Shown here in pieces: positions 30,420 to 40,490 of a DNA stretch of 64,000 nucleotides (its first letter is position 1; every line of letters begins with the position of its first letter). Position numbers and translations under genes: made by a program. Under the pieces are notes generated by a model, which did no database searches, had not been told where the DNA came from, and worked only from the letters and a program-made list of their open reading frames with translations. This stretch comes from a bacterium (GTDB lineage: Bacteria; Bacteroidota; Ignavibacteria; UBA10030), in the NCBI GenBank assembly GCA_043803945.1, contig JAZDJN010000098.1, forward strand, positions 26,947-90,946, read 5' to 3'.

Positions 30420-32261
30420 ATGAAAAAGTGCTCAATCATTTTATTCCTTTTTACTGTCGGTTCACAACTCCTTTTCTCTCAGACTGTATTAAAGGATACC
30501 ATTAAACAATCTAACCGCTACTATTATGGCGAGGGAATTGCCGAGAATGAAACTGAAGCTTCCAATTCTGCACTCGCTCGCCTGACCCAGCATATCGCCG
30601 TGACAGTCTCTTCCACGTTTCAGAGCGATCAATTTGAGGATAAAAACAATTATCAACAGACTGTCCGGCAGGTGGTCGAAACCTATTCAGTGGCATCGCT
30701 GAGTAATTTTCATACCCTCCGAAACCAGCAAGGTAGCAAGATTGAAATTTTTCATTACATCGAGAAGAAAGAGGTAGAAAAAATATTCCACGGGCGCATA
30801 CAGCTTGTGCGAAATATCATTGAGCGGGCGAAGGAATTTGAAGCCGAGCTCAATCTTGGCAATGCGTTGAAATGGTACTACTTCGCTTCCATACTTCTGA
30901 ACTCGGTGCCGGCGCAGTTCATCGAGCAGGAGGGGAAAGTACTTATTACGGAAATACCCTCCCGCATCACGAAAATCCTCCAGAGCGTGCGTTTGTCGTT
31001 AATTGAAGATCGCCATGTTTCTGAGAAGGAGAGGGTGCTTGTATTTTCGGTGAGATCAAACGATCTGCCGGCGCAATCCATTGAGTTATTGTTTTGGGAT
31101 GGTTCGGGGTATGGCAAGATGCAGGCTGCCGATGGGGAAGCGAGTATACAACTTTATGGTTCAGCCATTGGAATGACAAAGCTCGATCTCCAGATCAAAT
31201 ACAGCTACGATGATTGCCGGGATGAGATTAAAGAAGTGGGTGACCTCTGGAATGTGGTTAAAAAACCATCCTATAAAAATACGCAGCAGATTGATTTGGT
31301 ATCGAAACCGGCAGTGAAGAAATCCGAGCCGGTTAAAAGTAAGCCGATGGTTATTGAGAAGACAGGTCATTTCAGTATGAGATTATTTTCGAAGGAACAG
31401 GCGCCTGTTGTTGAAACGATACGGAAAGAGGCAGGCGGGGTTCTCGATCTTCTCGCTGAGCGACAGGTGGATGCAATAAAGAAGTTCTTTACGAAAGATC
31501 AGTTCCTCCAACGTAAAGTCCTCGATATACTGCAATACAATAATCTCACAATACTCGACACACTGATTGATGCCAATATCAATAAAACAGCTATGGGCTG
31601 GGAACTCCGCCGCATCCGTACGCTTGCTTACTACCCTACATTACGGAAGCAGTCCTTAGAGTATTTGATCTTAGATTTTGATACGGAAGGCAAATTATAC
31701 GATCTAAATTTTGGCATTACGGATACTCTGTATCGCTTGTTTGTCGAGCAGGCTTCGTACGGCCAGGATTGGGGGAACCGACAGGTGATAATCAAATTTG
31801 CTGAGAGATACCGGACAGCGTTTCTCAGCAGGGACATCAACATGCTCGATTCGCTCTTTGCCGATGAGGCAGTGATAATTATAGGCCGGGAGTTAAAGAA
31901 AACAAAAGTGAAGGATATCTATGGCTTTACTCCTTCAAGCACTGCACAGCCCGATTATTCCTATACGCAGTACACGAAGAAGCAATATCTGAAGAACCAG
32001 AACGAAGTCTTCAAGAGGCAGAAAGATCTTTATGTCGGATTCTCGACATTTAAAATCAATAGAAAAAACGATTCGGCGGGGACTTATGGACTGAGCATGA
32101 GGCAGCATTATAATTCCACAACCTATGCGGATGAGGGGTACCTGTTTTTGCTGGTAGATTTCAATGAAGATCTGCCGCAGATTTATGTACGAACCTGGCA
32201 GCCGCATGAATGGAACGATGAGGCGCTTTACAAATTGTCGAATTTCAAGTTAAATCGTTGA
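30420..32261 (+). CDS. Exported LPP20-like protein with C-terminal NTF2/SnoaL-like domain
   Basis: YYYGEG...EASNSALARLTQHIAVTVSS; ERYRTAF...LFADEAVIIIG...YADEGYLFLLVDF...QIYVRTWQP. Confidence 0.55.
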   Translation: MKKCSIILFLFTVGSQLLFSQTVLKDTIKQSNRYYYGEGIAENETEASNSALARLTQHIAVTVSSTFQSDQFEDKNNYQQTVRQVVETYSVASLSNFHTLRNQQGSKIEIFHYIEKKEVEKIFHGRIQLVRNIIERAKEFEAELNLGNALKWYYFASILLNSVPAQFIEQEGKVLITEIPSRITKILQSVRLSLIEDRHVSEKERVLVFSVRSNDLPAQSIELLFWDGSGYGKMQAADGEASIQLYGSAIGMTKLDLQIKYSYDDCRDEIKEVGDLWNVVKKPSYKNTQQIDLVSKPAVKKSEPVKSKPMVIEKTGHFSMRLFSKEQAPVVETIRKEAGGVLDLLAERQVDAIKKFFTKDQFLQRKVLDILQYNNLTILDTLIDANINKTAMGWELRRIRTLAYYPTLRKQSLEYLILDFDTEGKLYDLNFGITDTLYRLFVEQASYGQDWGNRQVIIKFAERYRTAFLSRDINMLDSLFADEAVIIIGRELKKTKVKDIYGFTPSSTAQPDYSYTQYTKKQYLKNQNEVFKRQKDLYVGFSTFKINRKNDSAGTYGLSMRQHYNSTTYADEGYLFLLVDFNEDLPQIYVRTWQPHEWNDEALYKLSNFKLNR

Positions 32262-32354
32262 GGGTGGGTTGTTGATTGGAGGTGACGAGTTGGTTAGGAT
32301 GGACTCATCCCTGCCTGCCCGCTAGGGCCTGCAGGCGGCAGGCAGGCCCCCGGC

Positions 32355-32514
32355 GAGGCTATCCAAAAAGAGCCTTTGTCATTTCGATCCCGATTTATCG
32401 GGAGAGAAATCTTGCTTTTTGTTTAGATTTCTCAGTTGCTGCGCGCCTTCGAAATGACAAAACGGTCTTTTTGGTCAATCCCTGAGGGGATGAGTCAGGC
32501 AATACCAACACCAT
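32355..32514 (+). repeat. Left copy of ~160-bp direct repeat (MITE-like) flanking the AAA ATPase gene
   Basis: Near-identical to 33892-34051, including GTCATTTCGATCCCGATTTATCGGGAGAGAAATCT...TCGAAATGAC. Confidence 0.9.
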
Positions 32515-32661
32515 ACTTCCCCGACTCTCAAGCTCTCGAATGATAAAATGAACAGATGGACGCAGAAACCTTCCGAAGGTCTATAGAGTACAACGAGAAA
32601 CCTTCGGAAGGTTATGCAGGCTTGAAAAGAAGTCCCTCGTTCTAATGAATTGTCAATTCCC

Positions 32662-32690
32662 TTGCGGAATGATACGCAATTAATTATAAT
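32662..32690 (+). promoter_or_regulatory. Sigma70-type promoter of the AAA ATPase gene
   Basis: TTGCGG-17 bp-TATAAT, 27 bp before ATG 32718. Confidence 0.5.
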
Positions 32691-32717
32691 ATATTGCGTA
32701 TAGAACCGACAAACATT

Positions 32718-33848
32718 ATGATACCTCGAATCTTACAATCGAAAATCAAACAAAGACTCTTTAAAGGAAAAGCAATTATCCTCTACGGCCCTCGACAAGC
32801 TGGTAAAACGACTCTGGTAAAAAACCTGCTCAGTGATCTGAAATTAAGCTCGATTGTATTTGATGGTGATGAAGCCGATATACGGGAAGTGCTTACTAAC
32901 ACGACATCGACCAAATTAAAATCGCTGGTGGGAAAAAATAGAATTGTCTTCATCGATGAAGCTCAGCGAATTCCAGGGATAGGGCTCACCATGAAGCTGT
33001 TTACAGATAAGCTCTCTGATGTACAACTAATAGCTTCTGGGTCGTCTGCATTTCAACTTGCATCACAGTCGAGCGAGGCACTTACAGGGAGAAAATATGA
33101 GTTTGTCCTTTACCCACTTTCCTTTGGAGAGCTTGCCGGTGCTCAAAGCATCCTGGAAGAGAAACGGGTGCTTGACCATCGGCTGATCTTCGGATCATAT
33201 CCGGAGATTGCGACACATCCCGGTGAAGAGAGGGAGCTTCTTAAGCTTTTAGTTCAGAGTTATTTGTATAAGGATGTTCTCTCGTACGAGCGTTTATCAA
33301 AGCCGGCAGTTCTTGAAAAGCTTGTCCGTGCACTGGCTTTGCAGGTAGGCAGCGAGGTATCATATCGTGAACTTGGCCAACTCATTGGTATCGATAACGA
33401 GACAGTGGAGAGATATATCGACATGCTCGAAAAGTGCTACGTGCTTTTCCGTCTTCCTTCCTACAGCCGTAATGTTCGGAACGAAATTAAGAAAGGTAAA
33501 AAAATATACTTTTTCGACACAGGTGTACGAAATGCAATTCTCGGTCATTATTCCATGCTGCATTCGCGCAGCGATACCGGAGCGCTCTGGGAGAATTATC
33601 TGATAGTAGAGCGGATGAAAACTCTTGCTTACCGGGGGAGCGATGCACGCTCCTTTTTCTGGCGTACGGCACAACAGCAGGAGATTGATTATGTAGAAGA
33701 GGAGGAGGGCCGGTTGAGAGCGTTCGAATTCAAATGGAACCGAAAGGCAAAACCAAAGGTTCCGAAAACATTTACATCAAGCTACCCTGGTTCGGCGACT
33801 TCACTGGTAACTCCGGAAACCTATGACTCATTTCTCACTGGTGACTAA
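32718..33848 (+). CDS. AAA+ ATPase (AAA_14 + DUF4143 restriction-endonuclease-like C-terminus)
   Basis: Walker A GPRQAGKTT, Walker B FIDEAQR, SGSS, LTGRK, KIYFFDTG, EIDYV...AFEFKW. Confidence 0.88.
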   Translation: MIPRILQSKIKQRLFKGKAIILYGPRQAGKTTLVKNLLSDLKLSSIVFDGDEADIREVLTNTTSTKLKSLVGKNRIVFIDEAQRIPGIGLTMKLFTDKLSDVQLIASGSSAFQLASQSSEALTGRKYEFVLYPLSFGELAGAQSILEEKRVLDHRLIFGSYPEIATHPGEERELLKLLVQSYLYKDVLSYERLSKPAVLEKLVRALALQVGSEVSYRELGQLIGIDNETVERYIDMLEKCYVLFRLPSYSRNVRNEIKKGKKIYFFDTGVRNAILGHYSMLHSRSDTGALWENYLIVERMKTLAYRGSDARSFFWRTAQQQEIDYVEEEEGRLRAFEFKWNRKAKPKVPKTFTSSYPGSATSLVTPETYDSFLTGD

Positions 33849-33891
33849 TTGCATTTTGCTGAGAGTAGGAGAAAGATTTGAGCTATAAACT

Positions 33892-34126
33892 GGGGCTGTC
33901 TAAAAAGAGCCTTTGTCATTTCGATCCCGATTTATCGGGAGAGAAATCTTGCTTTTTGTTTAGATTTCTCAGTTGCTGCGCGCCTTCGAAATGACAAAAC
34001 GGTCTTTTTGGTCAACCCCTGAGGGGATGAGTCAGACAATACCAAAGCCATTGAGCATCGAACCGTTCCCTGCGCTATAGGCCTCAAGAGAGAGGGAACG
34101 GTTCGGTTACAAGATTCTTCGGAAAG
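33892..34126 (+). repeat. Right copy of the direct repeat plus GAACCGTTCCC...GGGAACGGTTC hairpin
   Basis: Matches 32355-32514; tail matches 23490-23596 and 37043-37143. Confidence 0.88.
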
Positions 34127-34151
34127 TGTCACGGTGTAAAAGAAAATGATA

Positions 34152-34202
34152 GAAGTCCGTCTTTTTCCGTTGGTTACTCTCTGGTAAAAGACGGACTTCT
34201 AC
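34152..34202. repeat. Palindromic REP-like repeat AGAAGTCCGTCTT...AAGACGGACTTCTAC
   Basis: Three copies: 34152-34202, 36479-36530, 40399-40450. Confidence 0.85.
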
Positions 34203-34226
34203 CAGAATAGGAAGGAGCGAAGAGGT

Positions 34227-36215
34227 TTGAAATATTCTATCAAACTAATCGGCATTGTTTCCTTTTCATTTATTATCCTCTCTCTTTTCCAAAGCTGTAC
34301 GGAAAAAGAGTTTAACAATCCTGTTGATCCGAATGTAAAGATTCTGCCTCCTACAAACCTCCTGCTTTCCCTTACGACCGATACATCTGCGACAATAAGC
34401 TGGAGCGACCCAAATAACTTTTCTCTTGAACAGCAGAAGAGTATTCGATATGAGATACAACAGAGCACAGACCAGAATACTTACACGCCAGTAAAATCTG
34501 TACAAGGGGATACGACATCTGTTATTATAAGAGGTACATTCCTTTCAACGAATTCTTATTACTTCAGGATAAAAGCTGTTGCGGGTATTAATGCTTCCGG
34601 GTATGCAGATGCTGTGAGTGGAAGTATTACCTTTTCAGCCCCAACGAATGTTCAGGTGACAGCGATAACAGAGACACGAGCTACAGTAACTTGGGCGTTG
34701 AACAATCCAATTGCCACGATGGTGATGATTGAGCGAAGCGCTAATGCAATGATAGGATTTGTACTCGTTGATAGTGCGACCGCTTCAAACAATTCAAAGT
34801 TAGTAACAGGAAGATATAGTGCTGATAGTACTTATTATTTCAGGATACAGGCGAAATCCAATATCAATAAGAGTGTCTACTCGGCAGTAGCTTCAAACCA
34901 ATATGTATTTTCGGCACCAACAAACCTTACAATATCCTCATTGACAGAGACACAGGCAACATTAAGTTGGGCACTTAACAATCCACTTGCAACGATCGTG
35001 ATGATCGAGCGGAGCACTGCTGCTTCTTCCGGCTATAGAGCCGTTGATAGTGTCTCAGCGAGCCTAACGACAAAAGGGATAGTTGGTATTTATTGTACGG
35101 ACTCGACATATTATTTCCGTCTTAAGACAAAGTCATCCATCAATCAAAGTAGTTACACACCCGCGGTTTTACAGAAACTTCTGTTCCCAGCCCCTTCCAA
35201 TCTTCTGGTAACTTCATTTTCAGCTACATCTGCTTCTTTACAGTGGAAGGATAATAGCTCGTTTGAGACAGGATTTGAAATCAACTCTGGAATCGACAGT
35301 ACAAATCTATCTCTCATAAAAACTGAGCTAGCAAATTCAACTGCATCAGTGATTAATAGTGCGTTTGATATTAAGAAAGTCTACTATTTCCGTGTCCGTG
35401 CAAAGTCTTTATATAACATTTCAGCTTTCTCATCTGCTGAGATTGCTCCCCTTGTTCCCACAGGTATGGTTTTTATTAAAGGCAGTACATTCACTGCAAA
35501 CTCTACTCCGATTACTATCAGCAGTTTCAATATAGACCAATATGAAGTGACGTACGAGCTTTGGACCGATGTAAGAAATTGGGGATTGACACATGGCTAT
35601 ACCGATTTGCCTTCGGGACGAAATGGCTACAATCCAATTGGAACAAACAATCCCGTCACAGAGGTAAACTGGTATGACATCGTTAAATGGTGCAATGCCC
35701 GTTCGGAAAAAGATGGCTTGACACCTGTATATTATACAAACAGCTCACAGAACACAGTCTATCGCACAGGTCAAACAGATATTAATAATGATGCGGTGAA
35801 ATGGACGGCAAATGGCTATCGTCTACCGACGGAAGCAGAGTGGGAGTATGCAGCCCGTGGAGGAATCCAAACGCATGGATACACCTACAGTGGCAGCAAC
35901 ACGATAGAGGACGTGGCATGGTATAATTCAAACTCTCCAAACAACACCCATCCCGTTGGACAAAAGAGTACAAACGAGCTTTGTATTTATGATATGAGCG
36001 GGAATGTATGGGAGTGGTGCTGGGACTGGCATGGGTCTACATATCCCTCAGGTGGGACTATGGATCCGAAAGGACCCTCGACAACCCAATCGTACCGTTT
36101 GCTGCGTGGCGGTTCTTTCGACGGCAGCGAGTACGTCTGTCGGGTAGTCATCCGCAGCTACAACCTCCCTTCCGGCTGCAACTTCTTTTACGGTTTCCGA
36201 TGTGTCCAGGATTAA
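34227..36215 (+). CDS. Lipoprotein with four fibronectin-III-like repeats and C-terminal FGE-sulfatase/CLec domain (probable target of a second DGR)
   Basis: Lipobox FQSC; APTNL...W...YYFR repeats; GYRLPTEAEWEYAARGG; NNC-rich 3' end; followed by an avd fragment. Confidence 0.85.
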   Translation: MKYSIKLIGIVSFSFIILSLFQSCTEKEFNNPVDPNVKILPPTNLLLSLTTDTSATISWSDPNNFSLEQQKSIRYEIQQSTDQNTYTPVKSVQGDTTSVIIRGTFLSTNSYYFRIKAVAGINASGYADAVSGSITFSAPTNVQVTAITETRATVTWALNNPIATMVMIERSANAMIGFVLVDSATASNNSKLVTGRYSADSTYYFRIQAKSNINKSVYSAVASNQYVFSAPTNLTISSLTETQATLSWALNNPLATIVMIERSTAASSGYRAVDSVSASLTTKGIVGIYCTDSTYYFRLKTKSSINQSSYTPAVLQKLLFPAPSNLLVTSFSATSASLQWKDNSSFETGFEINSGIDSTNLSLIKTELANSTASVINSAFDIKKVYYFRVRAKSLYNISAFSSAEIAPLVPTGMVFIKGSTFTANSTPITISSFNIDQYEVTYELWTDVRNWGLTHGYTDLPSGRNGYNPIGTNNPVTEVNWYDIVKWCNARSEKDGLTPVYYTNSSQNTVYRTGQTDINNDAVKWTANGYRLPTEAEWEYAARGGIQTHGYTYSGSNTIEDVAWYNSNSPNNTHPVGQKSTNELCIYDMSGNVWEWCWDWHGSTYPSGGTMDPKGPSTTQSYRLLRGGSFDGSEYVCRVVIRSYNLPSGCNFFYGFRCVQD

Positions 36216-36294
36216 ATTTATACTTTAACACTTTTACGCTTTTACACTTTAAAACGCGTGTACAATATTTTAAAAAACAATTACAGAGGAGGAT

Positions 36295-36405
36295 ATGGCA
36301 GCTACCGAAGCAATCATAGTAAAGACATATCATTTTTTGGTATACATGATACCGCTTTTATCGAAACTGCCGAGGGAACAGAAGTTTCTTGTTGCAGATC
36401 GGTAA
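36295..36405 (+). pseudogene. avd: Truncated avd (N-terminal 36 codons)
   Basis: GAGGAGG RBS; MAATEAIIVKTYHFLVYMIPLLSKLPREQKFLVADR* aligns with MAEKEDVLTKTYDLLLYLIPQLEKFPRAQKFLLADR at 19551. Confidence 0.85.
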
Positions 36406-36744
36406 AATGACTGGAGGTTGGTTATAGTCCATCACGTGAAAACATTATCGATTGTTGATGAACTAATGAAAATAAGAAAGAAGTCCGTCTTTTTCCGATG
36501 GTTATTCTCCGTTAAAAGACGGACTTCTACCTATGAACTGCAGGAAGAGGTATACAGATTGGTGCAGAAAGAACGTTCCTACAGGCAAAGTTGATCCCTG
36601 CCTGCGGCAGGCAGGCGGACGAAGTGAGGCCTGCAAAGGCGAGCGAAGAGCTTGCCCGAAATAAGACAGATGAAGAAGAGAGACGAGAAATGGATCTGTA
36701 AGGAACGCGATGGAAGAAGTGAAATGGGGATTAAAGAACTATTT

Positions 36745-37143
36745 TGACTCACCCCTGGCCCCCTTCTCTAAAAGATAGAGAAGGGGGTATCTGGAATGGT
36801 GAACATCATTAAGATAACTTTTTCGAATTGTACAGAAAGATTACTCTATACTCCGGGGTTGTCCAAAAAGAAAAGAAACTGTCACACCCGAATGATTTTA
36901 CCTGCCTGCCGGCAGGCAGGTCGGGTGTCCAGTGCCTTAATCTTTCAAATTTCTGGATTCCCGCTAGAAGCATGCCTGCCCGACGCAGGCGGGCGGGAAT
37001 GACAGCGTTCTTTTTTACTTTTTTGGACAACCCCGGTATGGTGATGAGTCAGACAATACCAAAGCCATCGCGCATCGAACCGTTCCCTACGCTATAGGCA
37101 TCGAGAGGGAGGGAACGGTTCGGTCAGAAGATCCTTCGGAAGG
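36745..37143. mobile_element. Composite MITE-like element with nested CCTGCCTGCCGGCAGGCAGG insertions
   Basis: GGGGTTGTCCAAAAAG (36855)...TTTTTGGACAACCCC (37034) inside TGACTCA...TGAGTCA; colinear with 23298-23596. Confidence 0.7.
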
Positions 37144-37320
37144 TAACGCAGCTTTCATTCAGACCTTCCGAAGGTTACTAAGGAATCGCATTTGAGGTGA
37201 GCTGTTATGTAGATTGCATTGCCGTTATTCCTGCTTGCCTTTTATAGGGCAGAATAGTACTATGGATACAAAAAGCTCCATATGGAGCATAAAGTATCCA
37301 ATATAGATGAGTGAGATAAT

Positions 37321-37944
37321 ATGATTTTCCACAAAACGCTTGATACTCTTCTCGCAACATGGTCGCACATCGCTGTATTACGCACACTACAGGATTCGGT
37401 TCATGGCCTTACAGGCAGAGAGATCGCCCGCCAATCAGGGATGAATCATCGTTCCTGCCTCAGAGCACTGACAACCCTGGAGGAACTTTCTCTTGTCACC
37501 CGTCAGCGCGGCGGTCGGGACCATCTCTTCACATTCAATCGCGAGCATATTCTGGTATCACAGGGCATTATCCCTTTGCTCGCTCTCGAACGAAGATTCA
37601 TTCAGGATTTTACTGACTTTCTCTCCAGCCGAATCGGCAAACGTGCAGAAAGCATTATCCTCTTTGGCAGTGTCGCCCGAAAGCAGGAGACCCTTGCCAG
37701 TGATGTTGATCTCTGCATCATTGTACGGAGAGTCAACGAGAAGGAGAAGATTCAATCGATCATTCACGATAGTGCAGAGATACTCTTAAGGCGATATGGG
37801 GCTCGTGTCTCTCCCCTTATCTTTACCCTTGCTGAATTTTCGTCGAAAGCTCGTCAGAAGAAACCCCCTGTTCAGGAAATCCTCGAGGAAGGGGTGGTCA
37901 TAAAAGGAAAATCTCTCAGGAGGCATTGTTATGACGCGACATAG
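37321..37944 (+). CDS. HTH + minimal nucleotidyltransferase (MNT/MntA-like antitoxin)
   Basis: N-terminal wHTH (LTGREIARQSGM); ILFGSVAR......SDVDL pol-beta motif. Confidence 0.82.
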   Translation: MIFHKTLDTLLATWSHIAVLRTLQDSVHGLTGREIARQSGMNHRSCLRALTTLEELSLVTRQRGGRDHLFTFNREHILVSQGIIPLLALERRFIQDFTDFLSSRIGKRAESIILFGSVARKQETLASDVDLCIIVRRVNEKEKIQSIIHDSAEILLRRYGARVSPLIFTLAEFSSKARQKKPPVQEILEEGVVIKGKSLRRHCYDAT

Positions 37945-38089
37945 CGTCCGTATCCATTTGCGGCGCATTATTGATCATAAAAACGCAGTCTCGTATGCTG
38001 GTCATCTTTACAGTCAGAAGGATGTCGATAATTTGTGGAAGCTTGTCGAACGTTTTCGTGCTTGGGCAATTCAACTACTCGAATCTTGA
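37931..38089 (+). pseudogene. Short HEPN-like remnant (52 aa) paired with the MNT gene
   Basis: MTRHSVRIHLRRIIDHKNAVSYAG...VERFRAWAIQLL overlaps the MNT stop and resembles only the C-terminal half of a HEPN domain. Confidence 0.5.
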
Positions 38090-38175
38090 AGACTTGAATG
38101 CATTCTAGTGAAACATTGGTCAAAAAAAGAGACGGGCCTAAATGAACGGACATGAAATCTACAAGGGCTAAACAA

Positions 38176-40146
38176 ATGAAAAAGGGGTCAATACTTATCT
38201 TCCTTTTCTTTTTATTTGATCTAAGTCTCATGGCACAGGAGATCTCAGAGCTGCATATTGTCGGAAAGGGAGAATACCTTCAATCGGAGCAAATTGCTAA
38301 GACCATACGAGATGTCAATGGCACCGTCTGTGCCGGCTTGATTATCCTCTCGGACCTGGAGGGTTTGAACTACGAATCCAACAATGGAATCGTAAAGCGG
38401 AATACAGCACCGGGAAAAGATTTTCTCTTTCTCTCGCCAGATGAGCGGATGGTCACTGTCTTGAAAACAGGTTTCAAGCCGTTAAAGATTATTCTGAATG
38501 AGTATGGCATTAAGCTTGAGTCTGGGAAGACCTGGCAGATCCAGGTGACGGGCACCATAAAAAGAGAAGAGGCAGATAAAGACCTGTTCGACATGGTATT
38601 TCATTGTAGTGAAGGGGATGTGTATTCATCCTATGGTGAATATGCTCCCATCCTATCCAAAGAGAAAACCATCTCCTACAAACTCCCCAAAGGAAATTAC
38701 ACGTTTCGATTTCAGAAGCAGGGCTTTGCAGACGAAGTTCAGTCAGTCAATTTAACTGGACTTAAGGAAATTACCATCACTCTGAAAACCGGCATGATGT
38801 CAACAGCTAATCGGATCAAACTGCTGGGCATTATTAGGATTACATCGGAACCGAGCGGTGCAGAGGTACTTATCAATGGCCAGAAGGTTGGGACCACACC
38901 GTACGACAACGATCTTGTAGCAGGCAATCATCAACTCGAATTACGTAAAGCGCTCTATCACCCGGATATCTCCAGTTTCACACTCGATGAAGGGAAAACC
39001 GTTCAGATTCCCCGCCGATTGAAACCGCGTTTTGGCTATATTACTGTTACAAGCTCACCCGCGAATTCTTCTGTATATATCGATGGAAAACCTATAGGCA
39101 GCACACCGTTACAGCGAAAGGAACTGGAAAGTGCACGTCATACGCTCCGCATCGAATCGCAGTTGTATCATTATCTAAACCAGGAGATTGAAATTAAGGA
39201 TGGAGAGGAAGTGCACATAACGGAGAACCTGAAGCCTGCATTTGGCTCTCTTGAAGTTCTATCCACACCAGAATCGGGTGCGGAAGTATTTATCGATGGC
39301 AAGAGGGTAGGAGTTACACCTTACGACACATTGCAAATAGCATCGGGGAAATATCTGCTGAAAGTTCAGAAGCAATTATTCTCCGATGCTGAGGAACAGA
39401 TTGTCATCGCCGATGGCCAGCCATTGAAGAGAACAATTATCCTCAACAAATATTTTGGCGAGCTTCAGATCGGTGCCCCCCAGTCAACCATCTTTGTCAA
39501 TGGAAAGCAGGTCGGCAATGGTACCTATACGGAACGATTGGCTCCGGGGAAATATACAGTGAAAGCAGATCGAGGAGCGTTATATACACCGGCAGAGCAA
39601 GATGTGTTTGTGAGGATTGGAGAGAAGCTAGAAATTACGCTTGACCCAAAACCACGATTGGGGTATGTCACAGTATTCGTCGAACCAAAGGAAGGGGATG
39701 ATGCTCGTATATATATTGGAGATGAATTAAAAGGGAATGCACCGAAAATGTTGGATCTCCTGATCGGGAAATATACGATCACCACAAAAAAGAATAACTT
39801 TCTTGATGCCAGTCAGGATGTATCATTAAGCGAGGGTGAGCAGAAGCGTTTGGACTTCAGACTGATGACCTACGAAGGCTCGATCCAGGCGAACCGTGAT
39901 CGCTGGGGTCAGGCGAAGTGGATCAGCGCAGCAGCGACTGTGCTTGCCGGTGCGGCAGCGGTTTACTTCAATTCTACTTCTACCACAAATCATAATAATT
40001 ACTTAAAAGCGACCATAAGCGATGATGCAGTAAAATACCGAGATCTGACAAAGCAGAATGACCTGTATGTCAAGATTTCATTGGGAGCAGCGGCTGTAAC
40101 GGCGGTGAGTACGATTGTCTCGTGGATTGTGCAGAAATCGAAGTGA
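38176..40146 (+). CDS. Exported PEGA-repeat protein with C-terminal hydrophobic segments
   Basis: ITSEPSGAEVLINGQKVGTTP-type repeats (about 5); N-terminal domain paralogous to the 28932 gene. Confidence 0.85.
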   Translation: MKKGSILIFLFFLFDLSLMAQEISELHIVGKGEYLQSEQIAKTIRDVNGTVCAGLIILSDLEGLNYESNNGIVKRNTAPGKDFLFLSPDERMVTVLKTGFKPLKIILNEYGIKLESGKTWQIQVTGTIKREEADKDLFDMVFHCSEGDVYSSYGEYAPILSKEKTISYKLPKGNYTFRFQKQGFADEVQSVNLTGLKEITITLKTGMMSTANRIKLLGIIRITSEPSGAEVLINGQKVGTTPYDNDLVAGNHQLELRKALYHPDISSFTLDEGKTVQIPRRLKPRFGYITVTSSPANSSVYIDGKPIGSTPLQRKELESARHTLRIESQLYHYLNQEIEIKDGEEVHITENLKPAFGSLEVLSTPESGAEVFIDGKRVGVTPYDTLQIASGKYLLKVQKQLFSDAEEQIVIADGQPLKRTIILNKYFGELQIGAPQSTIFVNGKQVGNGTYTERLAPGKYTVKADRGALYTPAEQDVFVRIGEKLEITLDPKPRLGYVTVFVEPKEGDDARIYIGDELKGNAPKMLDLLIGKYTITTKKNNFLDASQDVSLSEGEQKRLDFRLMTYEGSIQANRDRWGQAKWISAAATVLAGAAAVYFNSTSTTNHNNYLKATISDDAVKYRDLTKQNDLYVKISLGAAAVTAVSTIVSWIVQKSK

Positions 40147-40296
40147 GGGAGTATGGGAATTGGTGAATTGGAGTAAAAAGTACATAGTATTAAGTATGAA
40201 GTATCAAGTAGAAAGCACCAACTAAGAAGTATCAAGGATAAAGATTGAAGAAGGCAGAATGCAGACGGCATTGGCGATATGTTCTAACGGTAATAA

Positions 40297-40450
40297 TCAA
40301 AGACCATACACCCCTTCTCTTGACAAAGAGAAGGGGTGAGCCTGCCCCGCCATTCATCGATATTCAACTAGAAAGGCGGGGGGGATGAATCAATAGAAAG
40401 AAGTCCGTCTTCTCTCTATGGTGACTCTCGGTAAGAAGACGGACTTCTAC
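40297..40450 (+). repeat. Copy of the 17821-17914 hairpin repeat followed by the AGAAGTCCGTC palindrome
   Basis: CCCCTTCTCTTGACAAAGAGAAGGGGTGAGCCTGCCCCGCC...GGCGGGGGGGATGA. Confidence 0.8.
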
Positions 40451-40490
40451 CAGTGTATGCCAAAATCAAACATTTTGCAAAAGGATCATC

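Noticed and set aside
36796-37097. Short ORFs with PACRQAG-like peptides (also 32276, 33932, 50399, 62272)
   Set aside because: Translations of palindromic repeat elements, with no RBS or domain signal
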